This document shows positions 52,201 to 63,366 of a stretch of 64,000 nucleotides of DNA, piece after piece (within the stretch, counting starts at the first letter, position 1; every line of letters starts with the position of its first letter). Made by a program: the position numbers and the translations under genes. The stretch is taken from assembly GCA_023920165.1 (NCBI GenBank), contig CP089276.1, positions 124,001-188,000 of the forward strand, read 5' to 3'. The DNA comes from Curvularia clavata. Its lineage: Eukaryota. The notes under the pieces were generated by a model. The model was not told the DNA's origin. It did no database searches and saw nothing but the letters and a program-made list of their open reading frames with translations.

Positions 52201-53976
52201 CATGGGTTCGTTCAGCACCGTGCCGTCTCATGTTCCACGCGTTCGCACGTGCTCGGGCCCGGAGTTCTTGAAGCGCGAGATGCCCGTCTGACAGAGGTAC
52301 GTACCACCTCACCCGTGACGAGTTTCAGCTTGCTTTTTTTCTATTGCTTCCAAAAGAAGAACAAATCGCATTTTGTGATTTTATATGCATGCATATCCGG
52401 CTTGCAGAGCTAAGTCCGGCGAATTCTAGTTGCACTATTATCCAACACTTGAACTCGCCAATCTAGGCACAGAAGTAAAGTGGAACTATTGATATACCAT
52501 GACCCGATTCAAGAAACCCCTCTTTCACGGCTTGACCATACGAACCAATCAATTGTAGTGACATTCTCGTAGCACCCAGTTCGCGAACTTAGTACATACA
52601 TGCCTACCGTGCTCACCGCGTTTTGCTGACGGGCAGACAAGGTCTGGCGAGAGTGCAGTTTGCCCTCGGGACGCCTAATAAGCGGGAACGAAAGAGTGGA
52701 GAACCGGGCACTCCGCGACGAGGATCGAGCTGCACGTTTGCTGCCATTGCCCTATGGTAGGGCTAATCGGGTGTCACAAGATGCCTGTCTGGCTGTCTTT
52801 GCCATGTGCTCATGACAGGTTGTAATTCCTCCGACGGTTATAGGTGGGGCGGGCGGCCGGGCGCGGCATGCACGATCCGAGAATTACTGATTTTGCATGT
52901 ATGTGCTTCGTAGTACATATGTACATGCGTAATGCAGTAGACAATGCGGTGTTTGACGAGCAAGCGCGCGGGACGATGCTGACCCGCTGTGTGTTTCTAG
53001 CCAAGCTTGTGATGACATCTTGGGTTCTTCGGGAAGGTAGATAAGCTTTCCAAGGTCATGCTGTTGACTACACTGTGCTTAGAGCTGACTGTCGTTGGTA
53101 CAAGTATAGTTTTCAGGATTTACTAAAGCTAGTCCAGATGGGTAGCAAGTCTATGTCACATTGTCAGTATTGATTTGGAGCGAACTGCAGTGAACTGAAA
53201 CATGGCTTGTTATGACCTGCATGAGGACCCTCTAACGCTGATCGGTCGACTCTGCATATCATGTATCGGCCGACTTGTCGTACAAGATTTTGTGTGCTAT
53301 GGAAATAGCATCAATGAAGAGTAAGGGTGTGTGGACGACGCCCTGAATACAGCGCTTTACACTTTTAGAAGCAACCGTTGCCAAATGCACCCAGAGAATA
53401 TGCGCTGTAATCATGCATGCTTCACTTACATAATATACGTAGAATTTCAGCTGTTCCTTCGTACCTATCACTTATCGTATGACAGAAGAATTTACCAAAG
53501 AAAGGGAGCTGCCCAGGGATGCAGCAACTGCCGATCGTATCCTAATGAAACAGTCCAGTGACCTTGCTTTGCAGAGCTTGGCATCTGCAACGGTCATGTT
53601 TAGTATGACTCAAACGAATGGGATTCCAAAAGCCTGTTCACCATTGACACATGATTGGAAATGCATCAGCACCCTCTTGGCACTGCGGATAGGACTTCCG
53701 ACAGCCGAATCACACCCTCGTACTAACTGTATCTCGAGACGGAAGCTTGTAGCTCACCCAAGAAGTGATAGAAGCGGGAATCTTCAGACTCTGGCGGTGA
53801 TAAGATGTGTTGCGATTGGTTAGGCAGTCGAGATTTATTACAGAATGTTATGGGGTAGGCTACGCCTAGCCTATAGAGGCTAGGAAAGATAAAGTCACGT
53901 GTAGGACGTTATAAGTATCTAGCTTATAGAAGTAAAGATAACTACTAAGTAATATGATGATTTTTAGTTTCTTATA

Positions 53977-54926
53977 ACATACCTCACGGGCAAGTGGGCC
54001 ACACAAGCGAGTGGGCTACGTGTTACACGGGGTCTACGCTTGTTAGGGATATACTTATCTAATCTCAATCCAGGCTAGGGCGAGACGGTTTATCAAAGTA
54101 TACCGTATGGTAGTTATCTAGTAATTTAGATAGAACGAAGTTAAAAATATAACGTACCTCACGGGCGAATAGACTACACAGGCGAGTGGGCCACCTCAAA
54201 ACTGTTACAAGTAATAATGAAGGATCTCTCCTGACGGAGGCTGTATGGTAAGAGACCATCGGGCGACCACGTCAAAAGGTAATGATCACCGCGGGCGTCG
54301 ATCACGTGATTGACATCACACTAAGACCAACCATCAGGCGCTAGTGTGTGATGGCAGCCATCAGAGGCATCAGGAAAATCGGGGGTTGTGTTGTGATGGC
54401 AGTGATGGCAAGGACTGAAAGCAATGGGTATATGAATGTGTTGGATCTCATTATGGTCAATTCTTCAATAAGTTCTTCTCTTATACAGATTGGTACTTAG
54501 TTATTCTATTTCCAATAGAATTGGTTTATCTATCTTTGGTTACATCTCTCCCATCTGAATCGCCAGACAACTACCGCACGGTATACTTCGATAAACCGTC
54601 TCGCCCTAACCCGGATCGAGATTAGGTAAGTATATCCCTACTAACGTAGACTCCGTGTAACAGTGGGCCACTCACCCGTGAGGTACGTTATGTAGATATA
54701 GCCTATATTTAAAGTTTCTAGAGGATTTTATTGTTTACATCTATAGTTAGAGACCTCTATAGGTTTAAGATTTTGGTGAGATTTGAAGTGGCCTACTCGC
54801 CCGTGTGGCCCATTCGCCTGTGGGGTACGTTATAGCTAGTTATGAAGTAAATATCTAGTTATAGACCCCTGTAATTTAGAGATTTTGGTGAGATCTTGAG
54901 ATGGCGCGCTCACCCGTGGGGTACGT
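53977..54926. mobile_element. Nest of non-autonomous pogo/Fot1-type (Tc1-mariner superfamily) terminal inverted repeats
   Basis: TA-AC(G/A)TACCTCACGGGC... left ends at 53977 and 54152; inverted ...G(A/G)GGTACGT-TA right ends at 54688, 54830 and 54926; shared subterminal gattttggtgagat; no transposase ORF. Confidence 0.8.
54203..54662. mobile_element. Solo-LTR-like element, with a truncated inverted copy of one end at 54021-54133
   Basis: 460 bp bounded by TGTTACA...TGTAACA; 54552-54662 matches the reverse complement of 54021-54133 with almost only transition differences; no target-site duplication seen. Confidence 0.65.
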
Positions 54927-55478
54927 TAGTTTTATTCTAATCTTTGGTAACCTATTGCAATCTGACAGTAACACGTAGCACTCTCGTGCTGCAATCTTCG
55001 AAACTGATTACTACTTTTTCAGTTGTCATCAGTCTTACTTGTTCGTAAGAGCTATCCCCAGCATATAATGTAATAATAGAGGCCTTAGAGGGCAAAAGTA
55101 ATGTACTATCTATAAGATACGCGCGGGCGCGTCTCCAGAACAAAAAACAACACAATCACTTTTACCATCAAATTTACTGTCGTTGATCGATTATTACAAT
55201 CTGACACAGATAGGAAAATTTATGGCTACACTAGCAGCAAGGCTAAAAAGTAAAATAAAAAGAAAAGGCTAGTTATGAGAAAACGAGGCCAAAGATAGCG
55301 TAGGCGATAGCTGAATAAGCGTAGGAGATAGCCAAACAGGCTGTTGGGCCTAGGGTCTTAGACGTATTAGATGTACTGGTAACCTCTCTATCTTATACTT
55401 TCTATCCTGCAATTTCCATGCTCATCGCGTTCGGAAGGTTAATATTTCGTAATTCTTGTCAGAATTTGCCTTCCGAAG

Positions 55479-56232
55479 CTAGCATCTCGTGGCACCGAGC
55501 CCGATCCAATGACTGCCTCCAAAGGTGATACTCCCGTGAACAAATCCAGCAGGTGAAGAACAGCTATCCCTAAGAATAACCATATCCTTGGCAATATCAC
55601 CACAGTTGACGTTGACATGACCACCATTCTGTTTGCATACAATTGTTATCATTTTATCAGCTCCAAATAAAGGTATTGAAAACGTACCAAGGAAGTCAAA
55701 TACACTCCGCAAGTATGAGAGCAGGAAACCCGCATCTCTACACCCCAGGGGGCTCCACATTGAGTGTTTCCAAGTCTCCTCAGATATTCATAGCCTTCAC
55801 CGCACTGACCCGACCAGCCGGCGATTTTACTACCCCATGAACAGTTGACCTAATATAAGACCACATCAGCTACACTGCTGCATAGCAGAGTAAACGAGTC
55901 TACTTACAGCTCCCCACTGTCTCGCAGCAACATCCCGCTTTGTCTCCTCATGGTTAGGGCCAAACTCTGCATCCCAGTTTGGATTCATGGCAATGATCTG
56001 TTTGTAAACAGATTCTGCGGTGCCAGAAAGAGTAATGTTTGCTTCACCCATTTTCACGACGCCGTTCCAAACCATGTCGGGAATATCTTTGCGACTGTCA
56101 ACAAAAGGGGTCGCAGAAGTCATAGTCTTGAGGTATATTAGTAGGAGCTGCATAATGCCAGCCGGAATAGAAATAGGGGGAGAGAAATACAGTTACTGTC
56201 AATGCGATAATTGAGGCGATTAAGGTCTTCAT
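55479..56232 (-). CDS. Small secreted cysteine-rich protein, 188 aa, 8 Cys (exons 56232-56197, 56126-55908, 55849-55688, 55628-55479)
   Basis: Signal peptide MKTLIASIIALT|TMTSA; pro-region ending TKRDVAAR; mature part VNCSWG...QCGEGYEYL...CGAP...RVSCSHTCGVYL...VNCGDIA...SC...ATRC-stop; three phase-0 introns. Confidence 0.8.
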
Positions 56233-56915
56233 AGTGACAATTAGCTGGAAAGTGCCCTTAAAGCTAGCCGGATAGTGCGTAAGTATTAGGTGACCTAGGT
56301 AATAACTGGCTCTCTGGATGCTCTTGGATGTAACAATAAAACAGCAAAGAAGAAGACTTTGGTATCTTTATAGAGCTTTTTATCTCGCTCACCAACACCT
56401 TCTCTCTTAATCTCGGAAGCTAAATTTGATATCTTAGGTCTTACAGTAAAGTTAGCAGCTGAATGTTTCCTTGGCATAAGCTTGATACCATTCCTTTTAT
56501 TATCTATTGTGGATGCATGTCCGCACTTTCGATCAATTATATAAGAGATGCGATCCTTCGAGCTCAATCTGAATTAGGTGTCTGACATGATATTATCTTG
56601 GTTCTTGGCTCCGGGCTCTTGATTCTTGGCTCTTGGCTTATGCTTCCGCATTCTACGCATTCTTATCACAAAACATGACAACAGCAACTATTGCAATTCT
56701 TGGAATCAAGGTAGTATATCGCGCGTGAAAGTTAGCCTGGCACGCCCTACGCCCCGTCAGCTCTTCAGAAGCAGCGCCCACTGCCACTAGACCGTTATGG
56801 CGACGCTATGGCCGCGAAGGGCGACATAGCCTACCCCGTTACGCAAGCATGCTACTTCCCTCAGCACCTTTCTTCAGCATCACATCCCATGGCCATAGGA
56901 TAGTGTGAAACTCAC

Positions 56916-57469
56916 TTAATATGAGTGTAGACGCCATACGGAATTTCCTCTGGTAGGAGGCAGTTGCAAGTCCTCTCGGTCAAACTTCACGATTCATAAT
57001 ATCCAATCACTTTCTTGATACCCTTACTGCTGCTGCATGGAGGACGATCGACCTTTTTGTCACCGCAAAACTCGTCTGTAGTACCACAAAATCCGAACCT
57101 GTGTGAAGGTTAGCATGTCGCGACGTAACGAATGTCGCCGGGGGATGTACTTGGAGTAGCACACGTTGAGTGGACACTTCTCATTCTTGGACCACTCCAT
57201 ACCCCAACCGGGGTTACAGTCCGACTTGAAGTCGCAATTCGTAACGTAGGCTTTTGCGCCGCAAAAATCGGGCCCTGTACCACACCAGCCACTGCTGCCT
57301 TGGTTACTGTTAGCCGAGGATGAAGTTAAGTACTTTCATGAAAACATACTGTAACAGCCTATTGAACATAGGTTGGATGCACTGCCATCCTGCTGGTATA
57401 ACAAAATGATGAGAAAAAAAATGGTAATATCCAGGCAAGAAGACTGAGATACGGCCGATAATTCATCAT
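56916..57469 (-). pseudogene. Relic of GH18 subgroup-C chitinase (hevein/CBM18 modules plus start of GH18 domain)
   Basis: SSGWCGTGPDFCG; KCPLNVCYSK|FGFCGTTDEFCG; KKVIGYYES-stop-SLTERTC...PEEIPYGVYTHI; in-frame TGA at 56987-56989, Cys-to-Tyr changes, frameshift in the signal-peptide exon, and no further GH18 sequence. Confidence 0.85.
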
Positions 57470-57923
57470 GATGCTTTTGCTGCGACCGAAGCCGTAACTG
57501 ATGATCAGAGTAAGCGGAAGTTGTCAAATAGGAGCAAACATGAGAAGATAAAGGCTTTCCCCCTTGCATTAATATCAACCCACTTACAGTATCTAGCTTT
57601 GGTAGAAAGGTGGCAACACGGAGCATTTACTTAGCGTCGTGGAGCTAGATAGACGAAGCCCCTGTTACTGACTTCGAATTCTGACCCAGTGACATGATTC
57701 TCTTCGTGCATGTTGCGCAATGAAGTCTGGGTCGGTATGCCGCAAAGGCCGGCGCGGACTTCTCGAAACGCATAAGGAGAAATAGCAGCTAGTGTAATTT
57801 TATATGGGGCACGAAGGCATATAAATCAGTTCTGACTCCAGTAGTTTGACATGGCAAAAGAATAGGGGCCGAAGGAGGTCTTGGCGTTGGGTAATCCATA
57901 GTGTGGCATGGTCTCGTATCTAA

Positions 57924-58085
57924 GACCAAGGCAGCAGCGACATCTGCGAGACCATTATGCTTTCTGCAAACACCCCAGCAGATCTGTTTGTTGCAGTCAA
58001 CCCATCGCTGGAAACCGTGCAAGATTGCAATTCTAAGCTGACCGCTGGTCTTACGTATTGCATTCATCCAAACAGAGATTGGGAC
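57924..58085 (+). pseudogene. Fungal LysM (CBM50) domain fragment
   Basis: SDICETIMLSANTPADLFVAVNPSLETVQDCNSKLTAGLTYCIHP fits the fungal LysM pattern DxCxxI...FxxxNPSL...C...L..G..YC; preceded by an in-frame TAA at 57921. Confidence 0.7.
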
Positions 58086-59123
58086 GTTAAGCAAGTCCAG
58101 TCTTCAGATTTACTCGAGACACATTCAAAGTGGGTTCAGTCATAGGGTACATGGCCAGACTAGACTTTCAACGACACCGTGTGAAGCTTTAGTAAAAATC
58201 CTTGTCGCCGGTGGTTAGCATGTGGTCGCTTCTGAGGATGCTAATCTATAAGCAACACAAGCATTCGATAATGCGTACTGAGCACCCACGCACATGCGTA
58301 ATACAAATTTTATTCACTGATCCTGAACTGTTGTTACTTTCCGTCACTGAACTATCTTGCTTTGAACTTTGTCTCTGTGGTTACCAAGTTCCTCAACACT
58401 AGGTTCCGTAACAGTTCGGGCAAAAAGAGGGAAGGAAAGTTAGTCTGATTTTAGGTATTATGTAGACATATAGGTTAAAATGCGATATTACATGTATTCC
58501 AAACATGCTCTAAAGCTTACCTTTTTGCGTGGGGTCGACATCCCTGCGTCCTTTTCAGAGTACGCAGGGCCATTCCGTGTCGGATGAAGATGTGAGAAGT
58601 TTTATCCGACTAGCACGCCTTGGCCAGTGGCGCTTACAGCTATGTCCATGGTTATGCGAGATGGTAACCAGGCATGAACGATTTGCGGCTTGTGTGGAGT
58701 GCGGCTGTGGCAATGACGGACGGAGCCGAAATAGGATTGATCCGTCCGGCAATTTGAATACACATACACATGGATAGTATGCAGGTACCCATCTACGTAG
58801 TGCAACTTCAGTATGTACAGTATGTGTCTGCCTGGAACGCCATGCTTCACATAAGACCTAATTAGGTAAGCGTAGGATGCTGTTTGCATTCTCCATATAT
58901 TGCGGCGTAGCCTGTTAGGCTGTTTGATCCCTCAGGACACCAATTTTTTTTGTCGGGCACTCCGAGGGTAATCGCAAAGGGCATAGCTAGTCTGGCGATT
59001 ACTAGATACTCAGAAACTTGAAGCTACCGCTAAGCTTGTTATTTTCCATTTTCTTGCCGGCTGCACCCTGGGCAGCCAAACAGCAACAAGCCTTTCCCCT
59101 CTTCGCCATCGAGACACCGCAGC

Positions 59124-60944
59124 ATGGTTGAAACATCCCCGGAAGGCACCATCGAATGCGACGATCCACATGTCATTGAGCCGTGGCCGCTACACGATTT
59201 CGATCTGCCCTTGTTTAAAGCTGCATACAGGGGCGACAATGCCCAGGTCACGTCTCTAGTTGCGTCTGGTGTGGACGTTAATGCTCGTAGCAAATGCAAC
59301 CTTACACCGCTTCAACTCGCGATCCACGGAGATCATGCAGATACCGTTCGTACATTACTGTCTGCTGGAGCAGATGCAACCATACTGGAAGAAATTGAAC
59401 CAGTCACAATGCTTCATGTCGATGCTATCAACGGAGCCGCATGGCTTGGTGCTCGACATGCGCTTGAAGCGCTGATCGATTTCGGAATCAAGATACCGTG
59501 CAGCGCTCTTCGTTTGGCTGCCTCTCTCAATCGCGTAGATTGTATGCACACAATTGCGGAGAAGTTGGGACAGTATGACTTTTCCGACGTCTCGAAACTG
59601 AAGGGCTGGAGTATCGCGTTAGATCGAGCGGCAGTGTGCTGGCACGATGAGGCAGTTGAACTCGCCTTGGTGCATGTTTCCAGGTTTCTAGCAGATTCGG
59701 ACTCAGAAGACCGGTCTTGTTTGAGTTCTGCCCTTGCAAGCGCAGCGCGAGAGGATGAGTGTATTGATCAATGTCGATGGCACGGAAGTCGACCCGGGAG
59801 ACGATTGCGTATCATGCAAAGCCTCATCACAGCTGGTGCGGATGTGAATTGGGAGGAGCCAGAGGGATGGCAGTCTGAGCACAGGCCAGCGCCAGGGCTG
59901 AATGTGTTCTGGACTTTGCTTGATGATAATCTGGCATCCCCCAAAGACGAAATTCTTCTTCTTCTAAGAAGTGGGCTGCAACTGGAGAAGGCGCGTCCCG
60001 ATAATGGACGTACGCCATTATTCGGCCTTGTTTCTGAGCAGCAACACGATACAAGTCTCGCCGAAGCATTCCTTGATGCAGGGGCAAATGCAACTGCTAA
60101 AGACGCTGACCTGGACACCCCTCTACACTTCGCCGGCAATCGTTGTTTTGCGGAGCTACTGTTAAAATTCGGTGCAGAAATTTCTGCAAAAGGTCATGAT
60201 GGCTTTACGCCGCTTCACATGGCCTGCAGATACCGGCGTCTAGATGTCGCAGAGTTTCTTCTATCGAAAGGGGCCACGGTTGACGCGACTACAACCACAA
60301 AGCAATGGACACCACTTCTGCTCGCGACAGATCCGAGGAAGAACGATACATTTATGGAAGATCGACACAAGAAGCTTGTCAAACTCCTCCTTTCACATGG
60401 TGCGAATGTGAAGGCCACTGCTTCAGACGGGCGAACGGTACTCCATAATGCGGCACGCGCCAGCAACCTCGACCTCGTAAAGTATGTGGTGGAGCATGGC
60501 GTGAACGTTCGCGCCGTCATGTCAAATGGAAAAACGGCTTTGCATTCAGTTGGTGACTTGTCAAGTCCGCATGACCCTCAGATAGCCAAAAGGCTCGCGA
60601 TTATACACTTTCTTCTTGAGCACGGTGCTGATATTAACGCCCGAGATCAGGCAGGATCAACACCGTTGCACGATTCTTGGTCCTGTGCTCACTACTACGC
60701 CCATAGCCCCTTTCAGTATGACTGCCGTTTCAGCCCTGATATTTTCAATTTGCTTCTGAAGAAAGGTGCCGATCGATTTGCAACGGATGGTCAGATGCGG
60801 ACGCCAATTGAACTTATTGATTGTGAGAAATGGATGTTCGACGAGGACGGTTTCGTAAGTGCAAAACCCAAGCCGGTTTGGATTCCTCCTCTCCTAGGAG
60901 GAATGGGAGGAAGGGGAGGAAGAGGGAGAGGGAGAGGAAACTGA
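59124..60944 (+). CDS. Multi-ankyrin-repeat protein with C-terminal RGG tail
   Basis: 606-aa intronless ORF with many TPLH/TALH/GADVN repeats; ends GGMGGRGGRGRGRGN. Confidence 0.88.
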   Translation: MVETSPEGTIECDDPHVIEPWPLHDFDLPLFKAAYRGDNAQVTSLVASGVDVNARSKCNLTPLQLAIHGDHADTVRTLLSAGADATILEEIEPVTMLHVDAINGAAWLGARHALEALIDFGIKIPCSALRLAASLNRVDCMHTIAEKLGQYDFSDVSKLKGWSIALDRAAVCWHDEAVELALVHVSRFLADSDSEDRSCLSSALASAAREDECIDQCRWHGSRPGRRLRIMQSLITAGADVNWEEPEGWQSEHRPAPGLNVFWTLLDDNLASPKDEILLLLRSGLQLEKARPDNGRTPLFGLVSEQQHDTSLAEAFLDAGANATAKDADLDTPLHFAGNRCFAELLLKFGAEISAKGHDGFTPLHMACRYRRLDVAEFLLSKGATVDATTTTKQWTPLLLATDPRKNDTFMEDRHKKLVKLLLSHGANVKATASDGRTVLHNAARASNLDLVKYVVEHGVNVRAVMSNGKTALHSVGDLSSPHDPQIAKRLAIIHFLLEHGADINARDQAGSTPLHDSWSCAHYYAHSPFQYDCRFSPDIFNLLLKKGADRFATDGQMRTPIELIDCEKWMFDEDGFVSAKPKPVWIPPLLGGMGGRGGRGRGRGN

Positions 60945-62103
60945 ACACAGTGAGTCTTGGAGCACATGTGAATTATTCGTATGCTTGAGATACTGTAGAC
61001 GTATTTCTGCAGAAGAACTCACGGCGTTTCGACCAGAAGACGAACCCTCACACCCCAGTATCATGTCATGGTATGTATTCGATCTATATATTAGCAATTA
61101 TCTCTTCATTTTGAGGTCAATCACTATGGCCTCCTACCACTCATGCACGCCATGGCAGCATAATAGCTCAGGCTCTAAGCTAATGATTATGCACTTACAT
61201 GCACACACGTGTACATACTTCCAGCCATGTTGACTTACCTGAGATTCCGGGCCTTCATCACCGAGAGCAGGAAAGCTGTGAACTGTGCCACCAACCTTAG
61301 CGTATTGAGTGAATCAATAGGGACACGATGCAAAATTCCTCTGGAATGTTTTTCCACTTTACGAAAGGTCGTGCATATTGACCGCCGTACTTGCATCTAC
61401 ACAAGTGATGCACCCAGGCGTTCATTAGCGGCCCAACAATGTACCTGTCGCAGCTGTGCGCATGGCTGGCGTATCAAGCGCATGAGACCCAGTTCACAGC
61501 TGACTGCCAGGTTGGCGATCCTGAACCATGGCGGTGTGACTATAACGAATTTCGAAAATGGTATATCTCTGGCGCGTGATGAAGTGCAGCGGTGTAAACG
61601 GCAGTTGATGTCAGCTAACTTGTAAGGATCAGTAGGGCAGAAGGAATGCCGATAGAGACTTCACTTAAGCTAAACGAATGTGCATATGATTCTCTAGATT
61701 TGATTTGTTCAAATGTTGATGCGTGAATATTTTGCAAAATGTTTGCCAGGGCCACTGTCACTTGGAGTATACGGAGCCCGATCGCCCATACCACCACAAC
61801 ATATCCCCACAGCAAGTTTTGCAGCATCCGCAATCCAGGTGAACGGCAACAGTAAAAAAATCTAGCATGCATGACACGTATAGATCGAGTAAGCATAGCA
61901 TTCTATACGGCCACTAATTGCTGACTGCATCCTATGCAGGAAATCGATGGGTGACAGCAGTAAGCCCTCTAATGTTTGCCAAGATGAATGTCCCCACCTC
62001 TGAATCAACATTAGGTGGGGGTTTTCAAATGAAAACAAGGCAGCTGATGGCTGATGGCTGATGTACGGTTGACGCCCCAAATGTAGATAGCCATAGCAGG
62101 CGG

Positions 62104-62810
62104 CTAAGGATTACTACTGGGTACAGATGGAAAGTTTTTGGGGTCGCTGAGCCGTTCACGGTTTCTTTTGGCAATCTCGGCATTTCGTAGTTTGTCTAGT
62201 CTCATCTGATAAAAACTCCTGTACAACGTTAGTATAGTGCGACTAGTGGTGTGATATGCACGCACTTGTTGAGCTGGAATATGCGAGGGCCAAGCTCAGT
62301 CTGAGCCTTTTCTTTTGTCTTGGAAAGCTCCTTGATCTAAAGCAGAGTCAGTACAGGAGCGGCACGTTGTATGCGTGTTGCAAACCTTGTCATCTTTGGC
62401 CTTCTCGTCCTGTTTGTCCTCATCCTCTTCCTTGGCCTTTGCTTCCTTTTCTTTCTCCTTATCCTTTTCCTTGTCTTTGGCTTTTCTCTTTTCCCGCTTG
62501 AGTTGCTGCTTCTGCTCGTACTCTTTCTTGACTGCTTCGATCTCGCGATCTAGCTCTTCTTGCTTCTTCTGGTCTGCAACCCTCTTTGCCTCTTCAGCTT
62601 CTGGTTGGCAGAACCCCCGATCAGTCAAGTGTCCAGCACATATGTAGAAGAAATCCTGGAGTGACATGAGTTTCTAGGTGCCTGGCTTTCAAGGTCACGA
62701 CGTACCTTATTGCTAGGTGTAATGAGGACACTGGTGGAAGGTTTGTAGCATATCCAACAAGCCTTGGCGGCGTTGTCCGCAACGCGGCGCAGGTGCCAAA
62801 TATTCTCCAT
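62104..62810 (-). CDS. VFA1: Vps4-associated protein 1 (DUF1742) (introns 62656-62705, 62337-62385, 62219-62265)
   Basis: NIWHLRRVA...KACWICYKPSTSVLITP..K|DFFYICAGHLTDRGFC, Lys/Glu-rich coil, FYQMRL, FPSVP C-terminus. Confidence 0.85.
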
Positions 62811-63366
62811 TGTTTCAGTTTAAGGGTTGTCCCTTTGCACGTTGACAAGGTTACTAGAAGCTTTTAACGTAGGGTGGTCCCGTCTGGAGCGTACAAGGAC
62901 GTCGCTTCCTACGATACAGACTGCTTTTCAGTTTCTTTTGATGAAGCTTGACACGTTATTGTGAATATCAATCACAAAGAATAACAAGGTTTGGCTACAG
63001 CTATTGAACATGTGTAGAGAGGCTTGGTGGTGATGAAGTGGCTGTGCGAGAGTGGAAGACGCAGATATCGAAACTAGGCTCAAAGCGGCTTAGTCGCAGA
63101 CACCGCAGACAGTTGCGACCATTTCTCTTTCTCCTTCTACCAGCCCTCAGCCCATGTTTTCGAGAACTGTACGAGCATCTGGTCTACAGAGAATTCTCAA
63201 AAATATACCTCAGTTCACAAAGATAGGTCTAGTACACCGCAATACAAAGCTTCCGAGCAATCTTCCAAGTGCGTCGTCTTAACACGCTTCCACATCCAGG
63301 TCTCTCATCCAACACTGATAAGACAGGTCTGCGTTCCTTTCAGAAATTTCACAGCCATACAGTAGC

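Noticed and set aside
55740..55760. Apparent stop/frameshift in exon 3 of the secreted protein
   Set aside because: Careful reading gives CGAPWGVEMRVSCS in one frame; the gene is intact.
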